Assembly (NCBI GenBank): GCA_964016885.1
Contig: OZ024741.1
Coordinates: 319,424,001-319,488,000, forward strand
DNA: 64,000 bases
From: Eledone cirrhosa
Lineage: Eukaryota
Direction of reading: 5' to 3'
Shown here: positions 1 to 13,495 of the stretch, in pieces
How the letters are laid out: the number at the start of each line of letters is the position of its first letter
Position numbering within the stretch: position 1 is the stretch's first letter
Notes under the pieces: model-generated
Seen by the model: only the letters and a program-made list of their open reading frames with translations
The model's database searches: none
What the model was told of the DNA's origin: nothing
Translations under genes and position numbers: made by a program

Positions 1-826
1 TCTTGCTTGACTTTTGGTATCACGCGGTCTAGGATTTTTTTGCTGATTCTCCCTATGTCGGACTTCGTTGGGTTAATAAGCCTGATGGAGGGTTTAGATC
101 TTTTAGAGTTAGCATTAGTATATATTTTTCCCGGGACTCAGAATTATTATGTCGTACAAGTTCACTTTGCTGCACTGGGTCGTTGCTGGCCCGGGATGGA
201 AACCTTTATTGTTTATTTCGTGGTAGTCTCTTTAGTATTTTGGCCCCTTTTGTTGACCAGTCACCGTATCATTTACGTACTTATACCTCTTAAAAGGGTC
301 CTTGCCTAATTCGTCCCACCTAGTTCTTTTACTTATTTCCTTATTTATTTATTTATTTATTTATTTACTTCTTTCTTTCTTTCTTTATTTTATTCTCGCC
401 TAACAATAGCCTGACACCTAGGTCGTAGAATTTAATTTTTTCTTTACACTTATTTGCTTTTCTTCACTCTCAGTATTTTTTCTTTCCTATTTTTACCCCC
501 CATTGTTCTACCTACCGTTCCGACTTCCTCCCCCTCCCCCTCCCCTGTATCTTCTTTGACCTCATGCCCAGCTGTAGCTGGCACTACCAACGCTTGATTG
601 GGTCTACTCCACCCCCTCCCCTCTTTCTCCTACTGGCAGGTTTAGCCACCATCTCCCCTACTAATCTGCAACCACAGAATTACTACTGATTTTTGACAAT
701 CACTTTGACCATATATGGAATTACCCCTTGAGAAGATCGGCTATTTAAATACCAGGATAAATGTTCATTTAGTCCAGAATTAGCCGTCGAAACGGCTTGA
801 GCTCAGCTGTCGGGGTCTTACTGGTT

Positions 827-828
<2 letters not shown>
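1..828 (+). mobile_element. 3' non-coding end (3'UTR/pLTR) of a Penelope-like element, ending in a hammerhead and a (TA)n tract
   Basis: Pyrimidine-rich UTR-like sequence, hammerhead at 723-816, terminus ...GGGGTCTTACTGGTTCC|TATATA shared with mini-copies at 6821, 36628, 57215, 60718. Confidence 0.6.
723..816 (+). ncRNA. Type I hammerhead ribozyme, U3-A8 core variant
   Basis: ACCCC-TTGAGAA-[GA(T)CGGCTA...TAGCCGTC stem II]-GAAA-CGGCT(TGAGCTC)AGCTG-TC-GGGGT; stems I, II and III all pair. Confidence 0.75.
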
Positions 829-845
<17 letters not shown>

Positions 846-871
<26 letters not shown>

Positions 872-1003
872 GAAATGGCTTCTACAGGACTGTACCATTC
901 GGAGGAAATCACCAGGAAGCCATTTTATATAACACGCTCATACAACTCTGCTATGTATTAAGTACCTTACTTACTGTAGTTACATCCGATTGAACCCGAG
1001 ATA

Positions 1004-1006
<3 letters not shown>
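846..1006 (-). mobile_element. Short PLE-terminus-like element with degenerate hammerhead, between (TA)n tracts; relative of 7968-8145
   Basis: Minus strand AAATGGCTTC-CTGGTGA-TTTC..GAAT-GGTA-CAGTCCTG-TA-GAAGCCATTT; shares sequence with 7968-8145. Confidence 0.45.
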
Positions 1007-1064
<58 letters not shown>

Positions 1065-1066
<2 letters not shown>

Positions 1067-1565
1067 CGGCTGCCCCCTCGTTATCGAGTATGGTCATTGT
1101 ACGATATACCATTATTAATTCTATCGTGCAATGCTTGTGCGTGAAGATATTTTTTAAAGTGAGGAAAGACTGTGCACTGGGCTAATCCCACTCTCTGAGC
1201 GACAGTAGCTATAACCCGAAAAGAAGAAAAGATCAACATCATCGGTAACTACTGAGCCGCAGGTTTTATATCTGAGTTATTCCAGTTTCCTGAGTTGCCT
1301 TCTCCTAGAAGAATGCCCTGACAAATGCTAGGGGTCCTTCACTCCCAGTGGTTTAACCGCGCGATCGGGTGTCCAGCCCGACTATTTCTATGTCCCCGCG
1401 CATTTACATACACATGCACCCATGTATATATACATATACATACATATGTACATGTGTATATACATATTTACACACTTTTGGATGGCCGTTGACTCTTATG
1501 AGTTCTCCGCCCTTTGTCAGGTTTTGTTTGGGTTACATGTTACCAGTAGCACTCAAGAGTGACCC

Positions 1566-1568
<3 letters not shown>
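1065..1568 (+). mobile_element. Interspersed repeat, probably RTE-LINE-derived non-autonomous element (relatives at 4496-5047, 30085-30338 in opposite orientation, 56717-57117)
   Basis: Shared blocks GGCTGCC..CTCGTT.TCGAGTA, AACATCAT.GG, CCTTCTCCTAGAA and TTTTGGATGGCC.TTGACTCTTA in several copies. Confidence 0.55.
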
Positions 1569-1613
<45 letters not shown>

Positions 1614-1639
1614 CATATATACTGACACACTGAGGCGAA

Positions 1640-1900
1640 TGTTTCAGCTGTTCGATCAACGGAACAGCCTGCTCTTGAGATTAACATGCAAGTAGCTGAG
1701 CATTCCACAGACATGTAGACCTTAATTTAGTTCTTAAGAAGATTCGATGTGACAAGGCTGGCCCTTTGAATCGCAAGTACAACTCGTTTTTGCCAGCTGA
1801 GTAGACTGAGACAGTATGAAATATATTGTTTTGCTCCAGGTCAAATCGAACACATGACTTTACTGTCGTAAGCTGAACACATTAGCCTTTAACCCCATCC
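1640..1900 (-). mobile_element. SINE fragment (cephalopod-like family)
   Basis: TTTTGCCAGCTGAGTAGACTG..AAATATATTGTTTTGCTC core resembles the copy at 37230-37490. Confidence 0.45.
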
Positions 1901-1972
1901 TTGTCTTCAGGAAGTAATATGATGTTGAGTGCTAGAAGTGAATTGCATCCATATATACCGAATATATATATA

Positions 1973-2167
1973 TCAGAATGGAGGCGGTAAAAACCAGTCA
2001 GACCATTACTCACCAGAGTATTCGATACTTGGAGTAATAGAGTGGGTAATATAGAAAAATTCAGGACCCCGACGGCTAGATTCCCGCCGCCGAAATACCG
2101 GCGCTTCAGTTCAGATCTAGCTGTTGAAACGGCCGGAGCTCAGCCGTCGGGGTCCTGAATTTTTCAT
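1973..2167 (-). mobile_element. Fold-back PLE mini-element (Y'-X'-X); relatives at 18690-18880 and 32918-33084
   Basis: GAAAAATTCAGGACCCCGACGGCT / AGCCGTCGGGGTCCTGAATTTTTC inverted arms containing a hammerhead 3' half (GAAACGGC..GAGCTCAGCCGTC), TA flanks. Confidence 0.6.
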
Positions 2168-3030
2168 ATATATATATATATATGCAGAGAGAGAGAGAGA
2201 GAGAGAGAGAAGGAGAGAGAGAGGGGCAGAGAGAGAGAGCACGTGGCTGTGTTGCATGTATTTGTTTATAATGCGGCCTCTGGTTTATATTTTTGGCAAA
2301 CTTCCACCATTGACTCACTTGTACGCGTGTTGATATCAAGTTGTTGTTGTTGTTGTTGGTGGTGGTGATGTTGTTGTTGTTGGTGGTGTTGGTGTTGGTT
2401 TTTGCGGTGATGGTGGTGGTGGGGGGAGGGTGATGCGTGTGGATTGGTAGTAATGGGAATGTGTTGTGTTGATGGCGGATAGTGGTGGCGGAGATAATGG
2501 TGGGTAATCTACATTCTATCTGTGTATACATACAGGCACACGTACGTACACAAACACACACGTACGTAAATACGTACACACATATACATACATACGAGCC
2601 GCATACATACACTGATGCATACACACACACGTACATTTACACACATATGCCCACACTCCCAGTAATTTGCATGCTAAGATGTACTTTAGCTATAAACATG
2701 TTTACCTGTCTGAATGAAGAAGAAATTTGTTTCACAAACACGTGGTTCTACGTTCGATTCCAGCTTATATAATAGCTACGTGTCCATTAGAGCATTGTAA
2801 TTGAAATTATGGTATTACTAGACGGATGCGTCTCTATGTGTGTGTGTATGTATGTAAGTGTGTGTGTGTATGTATGCATGTATGTATGAATATATGTATG
2901 TATGTTTGTATGTATGTATGTATGTATGTATGTATGTATGTATGCATGAATGCATGTATGTATGTATATATGTATTTGATTTACATATGGCTATAAATAT
3001 GTAAACATGCAAACATCCACTCACCCACAC

Positions 3031-3087
<57 letters not shown>

Positions 3088-3091
<4 letters not shown>

Positions 3092-3604
3092 TTAGGATTG
3101 GTACTCTGAAATAGCGATGTATACATGAATGTATGTATAGTATATTTGGCAATATACCGTATATTTAATTTAAAACATTTTGAAGACCTTACGCTGTCAT
3201 TTTTAAAGTAGTAACTATGTCACTTCTTTTTTCGGCAAAAGAAGGGAGAGAAGCTGACAGAATTATAGAGGCTGGATTCTTATAGAATTCCAGTAATAAT
3301 CATGTATACATCGCTATTTCAGAGCATCAATCCTAATTTTTTTTATTTTTGCTGGACCGGCAATCGCTCTGTATAATCAGTTCCTGATTATTACTGGAAT
3401 TCTATAAGAATCCAGCCTCTATAATTTCGGCAAAGGCGGGGATTACGATACTCTGGGGATCACCAACAGCGTGAAACAGAATCTGTCAGCTTCTCTCCCT
3501 TCTTTTGCCGAAAAAAGAAGTAAGTGACATAGTCACTACTTTAAAAATGATAGTACAAGGTCTTCAAAATGTTTTTAATTAAACATACGGTATATTGCCA
3601 AATA

Positions 3605-3610
<6 letters not shown>
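3088..3610. mobile_element. Multiply inverted PLE-like mini-element between (TA)n tracts
   Basis: Three interleaved inverted-repeat pairs (~3090-3128/3300-3337; ~3135-3260/3482-3610; ~3260-3301/3387-3426); hammerhead 3' half GAAACAGAATCTGTC. Confidence 0.6.
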
Positions 3611-3681
<71 letters not shown>

Positions 3682-3684
<3 letters not shown>

Positions 3685-4385
3685 TAAAACATGTCTATAG
3701 AATCACCAGATAAAATATATACCGTTTCCTCTCCCAATTAGCATAATTAACCATATACAAAATCAATTAGATCAAGCTATAAGAATAAAGGCTCCTATGA
3801 AGAAATCTCCGACAAATAACCGAAAGCAGCCCCTTCGCGGCGGTTACGACGGAGTATTTATCAAATATTTCGACAGCATGTATAAATCGACCAGATATAC
3901 AGTCAACTAAACGATTCTTAGCCATTTTTGAATGTATTCTTGGCGCGTTCACTTTGGAAAATTAATTGTCTAAATTTGAGCTAACTCCTGAAGAATCCGA
4001 AGCTCTAGATACCTTATGTTATCGGATGTCCTAAAATGCGGACGAAACCATGGTAGAGGTAATTAAATATGTACACTTTTCTTCCTGTTTAGTTGACTGT
4101 ATATCTGGTCGATTTATACATGCTGTCGAAATATTTGATAAATACTCCGTCGTAACCGCCGCGAAGGGGCTGCTTTCGGTTATTTGTCGGAGATTTTTTC
4201 ATAGGAGCCTTTATTCTTATAGCTTGATCTAATTGATTTTGTATATGGTTAATTATGCTAATTGGGAGAGGAAACGGTATATATTTTATCTGGTGATTCT
4301 ATCGACATGTTTTATGATATTTAGCTCTGATTATTTAATTTATTAATTCTTCATTGAGCCACAAAGTGACCCGTTGCAAAACACA
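3682..4385 (+). mobile_element. Fold-back PLE mini-element: ~230-bp inverted arms around a hammerhead-containing spacer plus tail
   Basis: 3682-3911 is the reverse complement of 4087-4317 (mirror ORFs 3767- and 4050+ encode the same peptide); (TA)n on the left, short TA run on the right. Confidence 0.75.
3985..4058 (+). ncRNA. Type I hammerhead ribozyme with extra hairpin before stem II
   Basis: CTC-CTGAAGA-ATCCGA..TCGGAT-GTCC..GGAC-GAAA-CCATGG-TA-GAG. Confidence 0.6.
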
Positions 4386-4396
4386 TATATATCTAT

Positions 4397-4457
<61 letters not shown>

Positions 4458-4459
4458 TT

Positions 4460-4495
<36 letters not shown>

Positions 4496-4496
<1 letters not shown>

Positions 4497-5047
4497 GGTG
4501 GCTGCCAACTCGTTTTCGAGTATGGCCACTACTTTATATCCATGTAGGAGAACTCCTACCGATGCGCTGAACGAATGTGACTTTAGTCCAGCCAGCGACT
4601 TGAAAACTCTGGTACAAACACTACACTTGTGACAATTATTGACCCATAGTGCTAGGCCCATGGTACCATGTGACGACAAGTGCAGAGAGATCTCCAGATA
4701 TAAAGCAATGCCTGTGCCGTGAAGCTTTTATAGTGAGCAAAGGCACTGCACAAAGCCAGTCTCACTCTCTTAACCAAGATGATATTTACCAAAAAGAAGA
4801 ACAAGTCAACATCATTGGATACCATCAGAGTTGCAGGTGTTATATCAGAGTTTTCCTTCTCCTAGAATTCTGCCTTGACAAAGGCTAAGGGGTCATCTCT
4901 CCCGGTGATTTTGGATGGCCATTGACTCTTAAGAGCTCCTTTGCCCTTTGACAGGTTTTGTTTTTAGTCCTGCAGGATGTCCAAAGTCACCCTCCTCACC
5001 AAGAAACCTTAGTGGGGTTGCCAGTTTAGTCGCCAACGACCCGACCA
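4496..5047 (+). mobile_element. RTE-derived-like repeat; near-identical copy at 56717-57117
   Basis: Nearly identical sequence and ORF translations (TTSAERSPDIKQCLCREAF...) at both loci. Confidence 0.6.
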
Positions 5048-5319
5048 TATATATATATATATATATACATACATACATATATATTTTTGTGTTCGTGATT
5101 ATAATTTATGTGTGTATGGGTGTGTATGTATGTGTGTGTGTGTATGTATGCATGTGTGTGTGTATTTATGTACTTGTGTTACAGGGTGATGACTAACAAA
5201 GGTTGCGTATGCACCACTCTAATTAGTAAACGATGATGCAATTAGGTTCAACTACTCAAAGTCATGTGAATCTTTGAAACCTGATTTGGGTGTCCATGAT
5301 GGAGTATACGTATAATAAT

Positions 5320-5490
5320 TATTTCTACTTTTGGCACAAGGCCAGCAATTACCCAGTACATTACTGGTACTTTATTTTATCGACCCCGTAAGGATGAAAG
5401 GCAAAGTTAACCTCGGCGGGATTTGAACTCAGAACGTAAAGGGACATAACTATGCTGGTAAGCATGTCCGACCCTCTACCGATACTGCCA
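5320..5490 (-). mobile_element. tRNA-derived SINE (octopus-like family)
   Basis: Reverse complement of the GTTCAAATCCCGCCGAGGTTAACTTTGCCTTTCATCCTTACGGGGTCGATAAAATAAAGTACCAG core. Confidence 0.8.
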
Positions 5491-6104
5491 ATAATAATGA
5501 TAATTGCGAAGGCAAGATATAGATACTTATAATTTATTCTATTCATAATCTGCTCTAATACATATTTCTGTGGCGTTAATAAATACGTAATGCTGCCGTA
5601 ACGGAACCACTAACACGTCTTCATGAGACAGCATCTTAAGTAATAAGGTTTTGATGTAACAAGTCTAATGCAATACAAAGCTCTCATAAGACCAACATTG
5701 AATTCGTTCGTCCCATTATAGATAGCCTGTAATGCATTAAAAATGTTTAATAACAATTTTATTATTTAAAATACTGTCTGATGAAGTCGAAGTTGTTGCT
5801 TGATGACAGCATTACGTATTAATGGAGGTCTATGAAGTATGTACCAAATACTGGAGGCAATATAATCAACTAAACACTTTAAGCATTGTGTCCCAGTTTG
5901 GTCACAGTCAAAAGGCTTAGGAGAGTAGAAGTATAAAATAATACAAGTGCACAGGGACCCCTTATGATATGCAGTCAAGTGTTAGTTTACTCATATTGCT
6001 CCGCGTGTATATGTAATAACTTCACTTTCTGAGTATGTGTTCATGAATGTATGTAGGCATGTAAGTAGGCATGTATTCATGCATATAAGTGTGTATATAA
6101 GTAT

Positions 6105-6208
<104 letters not shown>

Positions 6209-6251
6209 TGGTATCTGTTATACTGCGGCTACAACTTCGATTTATACTCAT

Positions 6252-6363
6252 TATCCCGCCGAGGTTAACTTTGCCTTTCATCCTTATGGGGTCGATAAAA
6301 TAAAGTACCAGTAATATACTGAGTAATTTGTGGCCTTGTGCCTAAAATAGAAACAATTATCAT

Positions 6364-6410
<47 letters not shown>

Positions 6411-6482
6411 GGGGTCGATAAAATAAAGTACCAGTAATACACTGATATAATTGGTGGCCTTGTGGCAAAAGTAGAAACAATT
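6252..6482 (+). mobile_element. Two partial tRNA-SINE copies
   Basis: GGGGTCGATAAAATAAAGTACCAG...GGCCTTGTG core twice. Confidence 0.7.
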
Positions 6483-6730
6483 ATATATATATATGCAATT
6501 TGACTAAAGGCATAGGTTGTCTCTACCTCTTTGTTTTGTCCCAATGTACACTGAAATGAAAGGAATCAACATTAATTATCCGAAACCGTAGTGATTTCCA
6601 GTGGTTGACTGACGAGATGGAACTGCCCATTTTTCTGTTGTTTTTCCATTGTCTTTGTCCTGTGCACCCACTATTTTGAATACACCCGCCCGCCACAATT
6701 GACTCCTGAGTTTTGTTTGTTCTTTTCAAC

Positions 6731-6820
<90 letters not shown>

Positions 6821-6822
<2 letters not shown>

Positions 6823-7018
6823 AACCAGTAAGACCCCGACAGCTGAGCTCAAGCCGTTTCGACGGCTAATTCTGGACTGAGTCCAGAATTAGCCGTCGAA
6901 ACGGCTTGAGCTCAGCTGTCGGGGTCTTACTGGTTCCTATTACCCACTCTACTACCTCAAGTATTGAGTACTTTGGTGCGTTATGGTCCACCTGGTTCCT
7001 TACCACATTTCCTTCGTT
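6821..7018 (+). mobile_element. Palindromic PLE mini-element X'-X-Y in (TA)n
   Basis: Perfect 58-bp arms 6821-6878/6880-6937 followed by an ~80-bp tail; X equals the 3' half of the hammerhead element at 723-828. Confidence 0.8.
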
Positions 7019-7465
7019 ATATATATATATATATATATGTGCGTGTGTGTGTGCGTGTGTGTGTGTGTGTATAAATATATAATGTACATACACATATATA
7101 TATATATAAAGTACATCGCACAAGTTTAATATATACTTTACATTTGTCATTTGTTTCTTGGTATCAAAATATTTCTTGCACTGTTTGCAGCTACATAATT
7201 ATATAAACATTAACACACACAAACATACGCACATATATATAAATATATTAACAGTACAAGCTACTTATACTCTGAGTATTTTTCTGGTTTCTATACTTAC
7301 ATGTATATATAGACACGCACTAACTCAGTAACATACATCCACACACATATATATAACAAAATATATTATTCTTTTACGTGTTCCAGCCGACACATACACA
7401 CACATTTATGTCAATATACGTTTTATGCATTACTGTAGAATTCTCGACCATCACACACAGACAGA

Positions 7466-7548
<83 letters not shown>

Positions 7549-7550
<2 letters not shown>

Positions 7551-7850
7551 AGGACGGGTAAAATTCCCGAGATCCATGAACGAGTTCTCTCCAGCGGTCG
7601 CTGTCCCTCATTATCGCTGCCATGTCCTGCGTCTCCAACAGACCAGTGTCTGTCCTTAGGACATCAACATACGTTAACCTTGGTCTTCCTCTTCCAGTGT
7701 GTCCATGTAGGGGCTCCCACAGGAGCACTGAGTGCAATGTCAACTCTGGATGTCGGTGAGCATGTCCAGCTAACCTCACTCTCCTCTGTGTCACTTTTGA
7801 GCTGACTTTTGGGAGGCTCCCATACAGCTCTGAGTTTTTCACCCTCCTCA
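7549..7850 (-). mobile_element. RTE-clade LINE 3' ORF fragment
   Basis: LYGSLPKVSSKVTQRRVRLAGHAHRH...LLWEP..GRGRPRLTYVD...RWRELV is a typical RTE C-terminus. Confidence 0.75.
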
Positions 7851-7891
7851 GTGTATATATATTACTGAGGATGGCTCTGAACATTAATCAG

Positions 7892-7967
<76 letters not shown>

Positions 7968-7968
<1 letters not shown>

Positions 7969-8145
7969 ACCCGGGTTAAATCGGGGTAACCACAGTAAAT
8001 ACTCAATACATAGCACGGTATACATATTTAATATAGAAATGGCTTCCAGAGGACTAGAACTGTTTCATTCGTAGGAAATCATCAGAAAAGCCTCCTACGA
8101 ATGCAACAGTTCTAGTCCTGTAGAAGCCATTTCTATATTAAATTT
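7968..8145 (-). mobile_element. Fold-back PLE mini-element with a degenerate hammerhead (8041-8092, minus)
   Basis: Inverted arms ATTTAATATAGAAATGGCTTC..CATTCGTAGGA / TCCTACGAATG..GAAGCCATTTCTATATTAAAT; minus strand CTGATGA..GAAACAG. Confidence 0.55.
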
Positions 8146-8630
8146 ATATATACATAAATATATATATATATATACATATATATATGTGTGTGTGTGTGTG
8201 CGTGTGTATGTGTGTGTGTGTGTGCGTGTGCGTGTGTGTGTGTGTCTGTCTGTTTGTGTGTATGTATGTGTGTGCGCGCACATACGCATATCTATTGAAT
8301 CATACATACATGTACACATACATATGCATATTTAAATACACTTACATGTATTAACACATACACATACACGTACGTTCATACATACATGCATACATACATA
8401 CATTCAGACATACATACATACATATATATATTGCGATATTAATATAGAAGGTAAAACATGCACTCTTGTAGAAGGCAGTTGACCCCATTGTTACAAATAC
8501 CTCACAGATATTCGTAAACAACAATGACATTGATTTTTACATTGAAGTGAAAAATGGGCCGTTACGTGGCAGACTGACACGCTAGAAATTGTAGCCAAAA
8601 TATCCTTAAAATTACACTGCATTATCTTTC

Positions 8631-8943
8631 GGTGGATTGGCAGTATCGGTAGAGGGTCGGACGCCATGCTTTGACGCATATAGTTACGGCCCTTGCCATT
8701 CTGAGTTCAAATCCCGCCGAGGTTAACTTTACCTTTCATCCTTACGGGGTCGATAAAATAAAGTACCAGTAATGTACTGGGTAATTGCTGGCCTTGTGCC
8801 AAAAGTAGAAACAATTATCTTTACGGCTCTTTATGATCTGAGTTCAAATCCCGCCGAGATTAACTTTGCCTTTCATCCTTACAGGGTCGATGAAATAAAG
8901 CACTGTAACAATTGCTGGCCTTCTGCCAAATGTAGAAACAATT
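8631..8943 (+). mobile_element. Full tRNA-derived SINE plus tandem partial copy
   Basis: GGTGGATTGGCAGTATCGGTAGAG (A box-like), GTTCAAATCCC (B box), conserved core, AAAGTAGAAACAATT tail. Confidence 0.85.
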
Positions 8944-9077
8944 AACTTAAGAGGAAGAATGACGTATTAGATAAAATACTCTGATATACACTGTGTCTAA
9001 ATAAAGGAAATAGGATTGGCATTAAATAAACATATTTGATAAGTCTACTAGATTAGTGTAAGCTAGGAGTGAAGCTA

Positions 9078-9096
9078 AACAACAACAACGACGGCG

Positions 9097-9127
<31 letters not shown>

Positions 9128-9400
9128 CGACGACGGCGGCAACAACAACAACAACAACAACAACAACGACGACAACAACAACAACGACAACGACGACAAC
9201 AAAAACGACGACAACGACAACAACAACAACAACAACGAAAACGACGACAACGACGACAACAAAAACGACGACAACAGTATCATCAACGACTACAACAACA
9301 ACGACATCAAGAGCAGCAACAGCAACAACAATAACTACAACAACAATAACAGCAGCCTCAGCCACATCGATGACGACAACGATAACAACTACTTCAGTGA
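9078..9400. repeat. (AAC/GAC)n trinucleotide microsatellite
   Basis: Direct reading. Confidence 0.95.
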
Positions 9401-9931
9401 CGTCAACAAAAGTTATATATTAATACCTGTAATTTGAAAGGGTATTAAGATTATCAATAAACAATATAATGTGGTTACTTCGTCACTCGATGAATAATGA
9501 TCGATAAATTAGGTACAAATGTATTAGGATCGATAAATTCGAAAAAAAAAAAAACCGGTCGCCACTAGTGATTCTGCCAATTCACCACCTAAGAGACTTG
9601 TAAAATCTTCTTCTTCTTCTTCTTCTTCTTCTTCTTCTTCTTCTTGAGATGATCATGGAGGCAGAGTCAGGCACACATTCCCAAAGGTCCTATCAGAAGC
9701 AAACATCTCCAAACGGGTTTATGGATGTTATCCAACCATCTTCCTCGTGGTCTCCCCCTGGGTCTCTAGTGACACGTCCACATCCAAATAATGGAAATGA
9801 GGGAATCTACCCTAAATTTTGAATACTACATCTCATACCTCGGACTGAGTGCTCTTCCACCTTTGGATATAATTTATTTTACAAAATAATACATTACACT
9901 ATAAATATGTACATACTCGCACACACACACC

Positions 9932-10006
<75 letters not shown>

Positions 10007-10695
10007 TTATATATATATATATAATTTATTTATGTACATACACAGAAGAAGAAAGCTCTACCTTAGGTATGAAGGTCTAGTTACCGCCATCTCCACAGAG
10101 TGCAGAAGACATGGAGGAGTCAATAAAGTAGGTACCAGTTGGAAGAACTCGGATGTTCTCACCCGGACAGCTCGTATGACAGGATGGTGAACACTGCAAC
10201 TCCATCAGCCGTTAAGGCTACTTAATCTAGCATAAGCATTTTAAGTTGTATGAAAATATGAGTAGTTTTGATTAAAACAAAAAAGGGAGATAACTCTCAT
10301 AAACAAACATGTTTAAGGGAGATAACTCTTATAAACAAATATCTTAAAGGGAGATAATTAGAAAAGTTGAATGCTGAATTTGGCCTGCTGCGAAATATGG
10401 TGGAGCGTTATACGTAATGTGTTTTACAGAAATACTAGCAGAATGGCCCGGCGTTGCTCGGAATTCTAAACATAGATTGGCATGTTTATCCCTCCTTTCT
10501 GAAACAGTTTCGTCGTATGTTCACCAATTGATGCAGAAGTCCTAATAAAAATGAAGTCGCCTTGGGTTGCTAATGTCGGAGCCTCTACGTGGTCACTTTG
10601 TCTGCTAAATATAGCAGCCAAATATTATTGAGATCGTTTCTTCTTCTTCTTCTTCTTCTTCTTCTTCTTCTTCTTCTTCTTCTTGTCCGTAAAAT

Positions 10696-11100
10696 CTATC
10701 CAGTGATACTTTCCCGAGATATTCTAACTACATGCCCATAGTATCGGAGTTGTGATCTCTCAATTCGGAGAACTAGCAGCCCTGTCTGGAGCGACTCTCT
10801 GTAATGTATTCGCGATCGTATTCTTTCGGTCGTTACCCAAGATTCATGACCATAGATAATGGTTGGCACGAATAGCGAATTGAAGATAGCGAGTTTGGCT
10901 TTTAATGTAACTTCCTGCCTTCCATTACTTGTGAAGACCCCGAGATACTTGAAGCTCTCCACCTGTTTCAGTGGAACGCCATTCACACGTAGAGTGCACT
11001 CCGCAAGCTTCATTGGGAGTACGAACGTCTCAGTTTTCGCAGCACTGATTTTCATTCCAGCCATGCAGCACTCGGCATTAAACCTCTTAAGTCGGAGATC
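10696..11100 (-). mobile_element. Internally deleted RTE-clade LINE RT/C-terminal fragment
   Basis: GMKISAAKTE..LKQVESFKYLGV..IIYGHESW..LRYYGHVVR. Confidence 0.75.
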
Positions 11101-11352
11101 ACCTTCTGTCGTAAAATCGCTCCATATGCAAATAGGGTGAATCAGGCGATGTATACTTTAGGAAATATTATATATTTTCAACACTTCAAGCGAGTGGCAG
11201 AAGGAGAAACACGGTCTTGGCAAGGGGCAATGACCCAGAAACGATTTAACTGTTTCTCTGTGCCACTGCTAGAAGAAATGGATGACGGGGTTCATCTAAA
11301 AAACATATCGTAATGAGACTGCCTGCTTGCAAACGAATCGAATATCATTATT

Positions 11353-11545
11353 GGCGGTGGATTGGCAGTATCGGTAGAGAGTCGGACACCATGCTTTCCA
11401 GCATAGTTACGTCCCTTTACGATCTGAGTTCAAATCCCACCGAGGTTGACTTTGCCTTTCATCCTTACGGGGTCGATAAAATAAAGTACCAGTAATGCAC
11501 TGGTTAATTGCTGGCCTTGTGCCTAAAGTAGAAACAATTATTATT
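11353..11545 (+). mobile_element. tRNA-derived SINE
   Basis: Same head, core and tail as 8631. Confidence 0.85.
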
Positions 11546-11977
11546 ATTCCATATAAAACTCTTAAATACACTTATGCAACGAGCTGAGAGCTTGAAAACA
11601 ATTTCTAATTTTGTTTATATATATGTATACAGATATATATATATATTGTAAAGGGGTTTGTGATAGGAAGGGTATCGACCCGAAGAAACATTGTCAAACA
11701 AAGTGTAGAGGGGTCTCGTCAGTTGTGTCAAGGACATGACAACTTCACTAGTGTTGGGTATATTATAAAACACAGTGTACTGTGTAGAGTACGGGAATTT
11801 ATGTAAGCCAGATAAGGTTCCAGCCCATCTTAACAGTGGCTCCAATTATGTACTGACTTGGTTTCTGACGACGCGTCCAAACCTTGCAAGCAGGGAAAAC
11901 TGACAGTGATGATACGTCTGTCTGTCTGTCTATATGCACACACGCATAGTTTTAGTAAAAGCTAGCTGACGACACGC

Positions 11978-12140
11978 GTTTCTACTTTTGGCGCAAGGCT
12001 AGCAAATACCCCAGTGTGTTACTGGTACTTTATTTTATCGACCTCTTAAGGATGAAAGACAAAGTTAACTTCGGCGGGATTTGAACTCAGAACATAAAGG
12101 GCCATAACTCTATGCTGCAAAGCATGGTGTCTGACGCTAT
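11978..12140 (-). mobile_element. tRNA-derived SINE
   Basis: Reverse-complement core. Confidence 0.75.
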
Positions 12141-12261
12141 AATGTCTGTAGTATTCTTAGATTTACAAAGTGGTTAATTTTCCCCACAAATCTTGGTTTA
12201 ACGGGAAATATCTCATTTGTTCAGTTCTGTTCCCAGATAATCATGTAGACACCACACACAT

Positions 12262-12349
<88 letters not shown>

Positions 12350-13244
12350 ATATATAGCACTGTCGCTCTCACCATCGATACTCTACTAATATAATCATCA
12401 TCATCATCATCATCAGCAGCATCGTCATCTTCCTCCTCCTCCGCGTCATTATCATCAACATCATCAACAACAGAAGCAGCAGCAGCAGCAGTAGCAGAGC
12501 ATCATCATCATCCAACCGTCCATAATTATCCTCTCTTCACATCTAACATCAGCAACAACAACAACAACAGCAGCAGCAGTAGCAGCAACACCAACAATAA
12601 AAGCAGGAGAAGCCTCTACAATAATAAGACAACCCACCACTAAATAGCCATTTCTCACCATACACTACTTCACTATCCCACTGACCCACCCTCATCACAT
12701 ATCCCATTCCTCAGCACGTGGAACATTTCCTATGCCTGAACACATTGCATTTATTTCTTGGCACACACCTAGCACGCTCAATTTCAACGTGTCTGTCTGA
12801 CTTTATGTTAGTCTGTCTAATTTCTGTCTGAAACACTAATTGAATTTAAAAAGATATCTCTGAAGTTGAGAGAGAGGAAGAGAGAGAGAGAGAGAGAAGG
12901 GGGGGGGGGGGGGCTAAAGATTTGGTACTCACCCAACCACATGTGCTTCAGATCCTCGTTTTGGTTCTAATTGTAGCAAGTATCAGAAGGGTAATGTTCC
13001 AGCGATCACGCCGCTAAGAATCTAGTGCTGGAAGTATATATGAAATAACTGCAATGGAAAATTGAAATTGCAAATAGACGTTTAAACTCTTCGGTACTTT
13101 GCCCCAAGTAGGCGGAATAAATATATAGCAAATATACAAACAAAACAGAATGAACAAGAAACTCTCCTATACCATAAAAGAAATTCAAAATTAACTCACA
13201 TAAAATACCGAAATAATGCCAACATAATAAGTGTCGGGAGTACG

Positions 13245-13356
<112 letters not shown>

Positions 13357-13453
13357 GATTCACAGAGTAATAGTTACATAAGACAATCAGACAATTGTAT
13401 CTATAGACATCTTCATCCACCTTCTGGAGTGCAATTTTGCGTGCACACACACG

Positions 13454-13495
<42 letters not shown>

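Noticed and set aside
8631-8720. tRNA gene
   Set aside because: A/B-box-like head continues into a multicopy SINE core with no cloverleaf
9069-9437. Asn/Asp-rich 122-aa ORF
   Set aside because: (AAC/GAC)n microsatellite with no splice or domain evidence
10434-10470. Helitron/Helentron-like end (TACTAGC..CCCGGCGTTGCTCGG; similar at 13819)
   Set aside because: Too short, and no matching other end could be confidently paired
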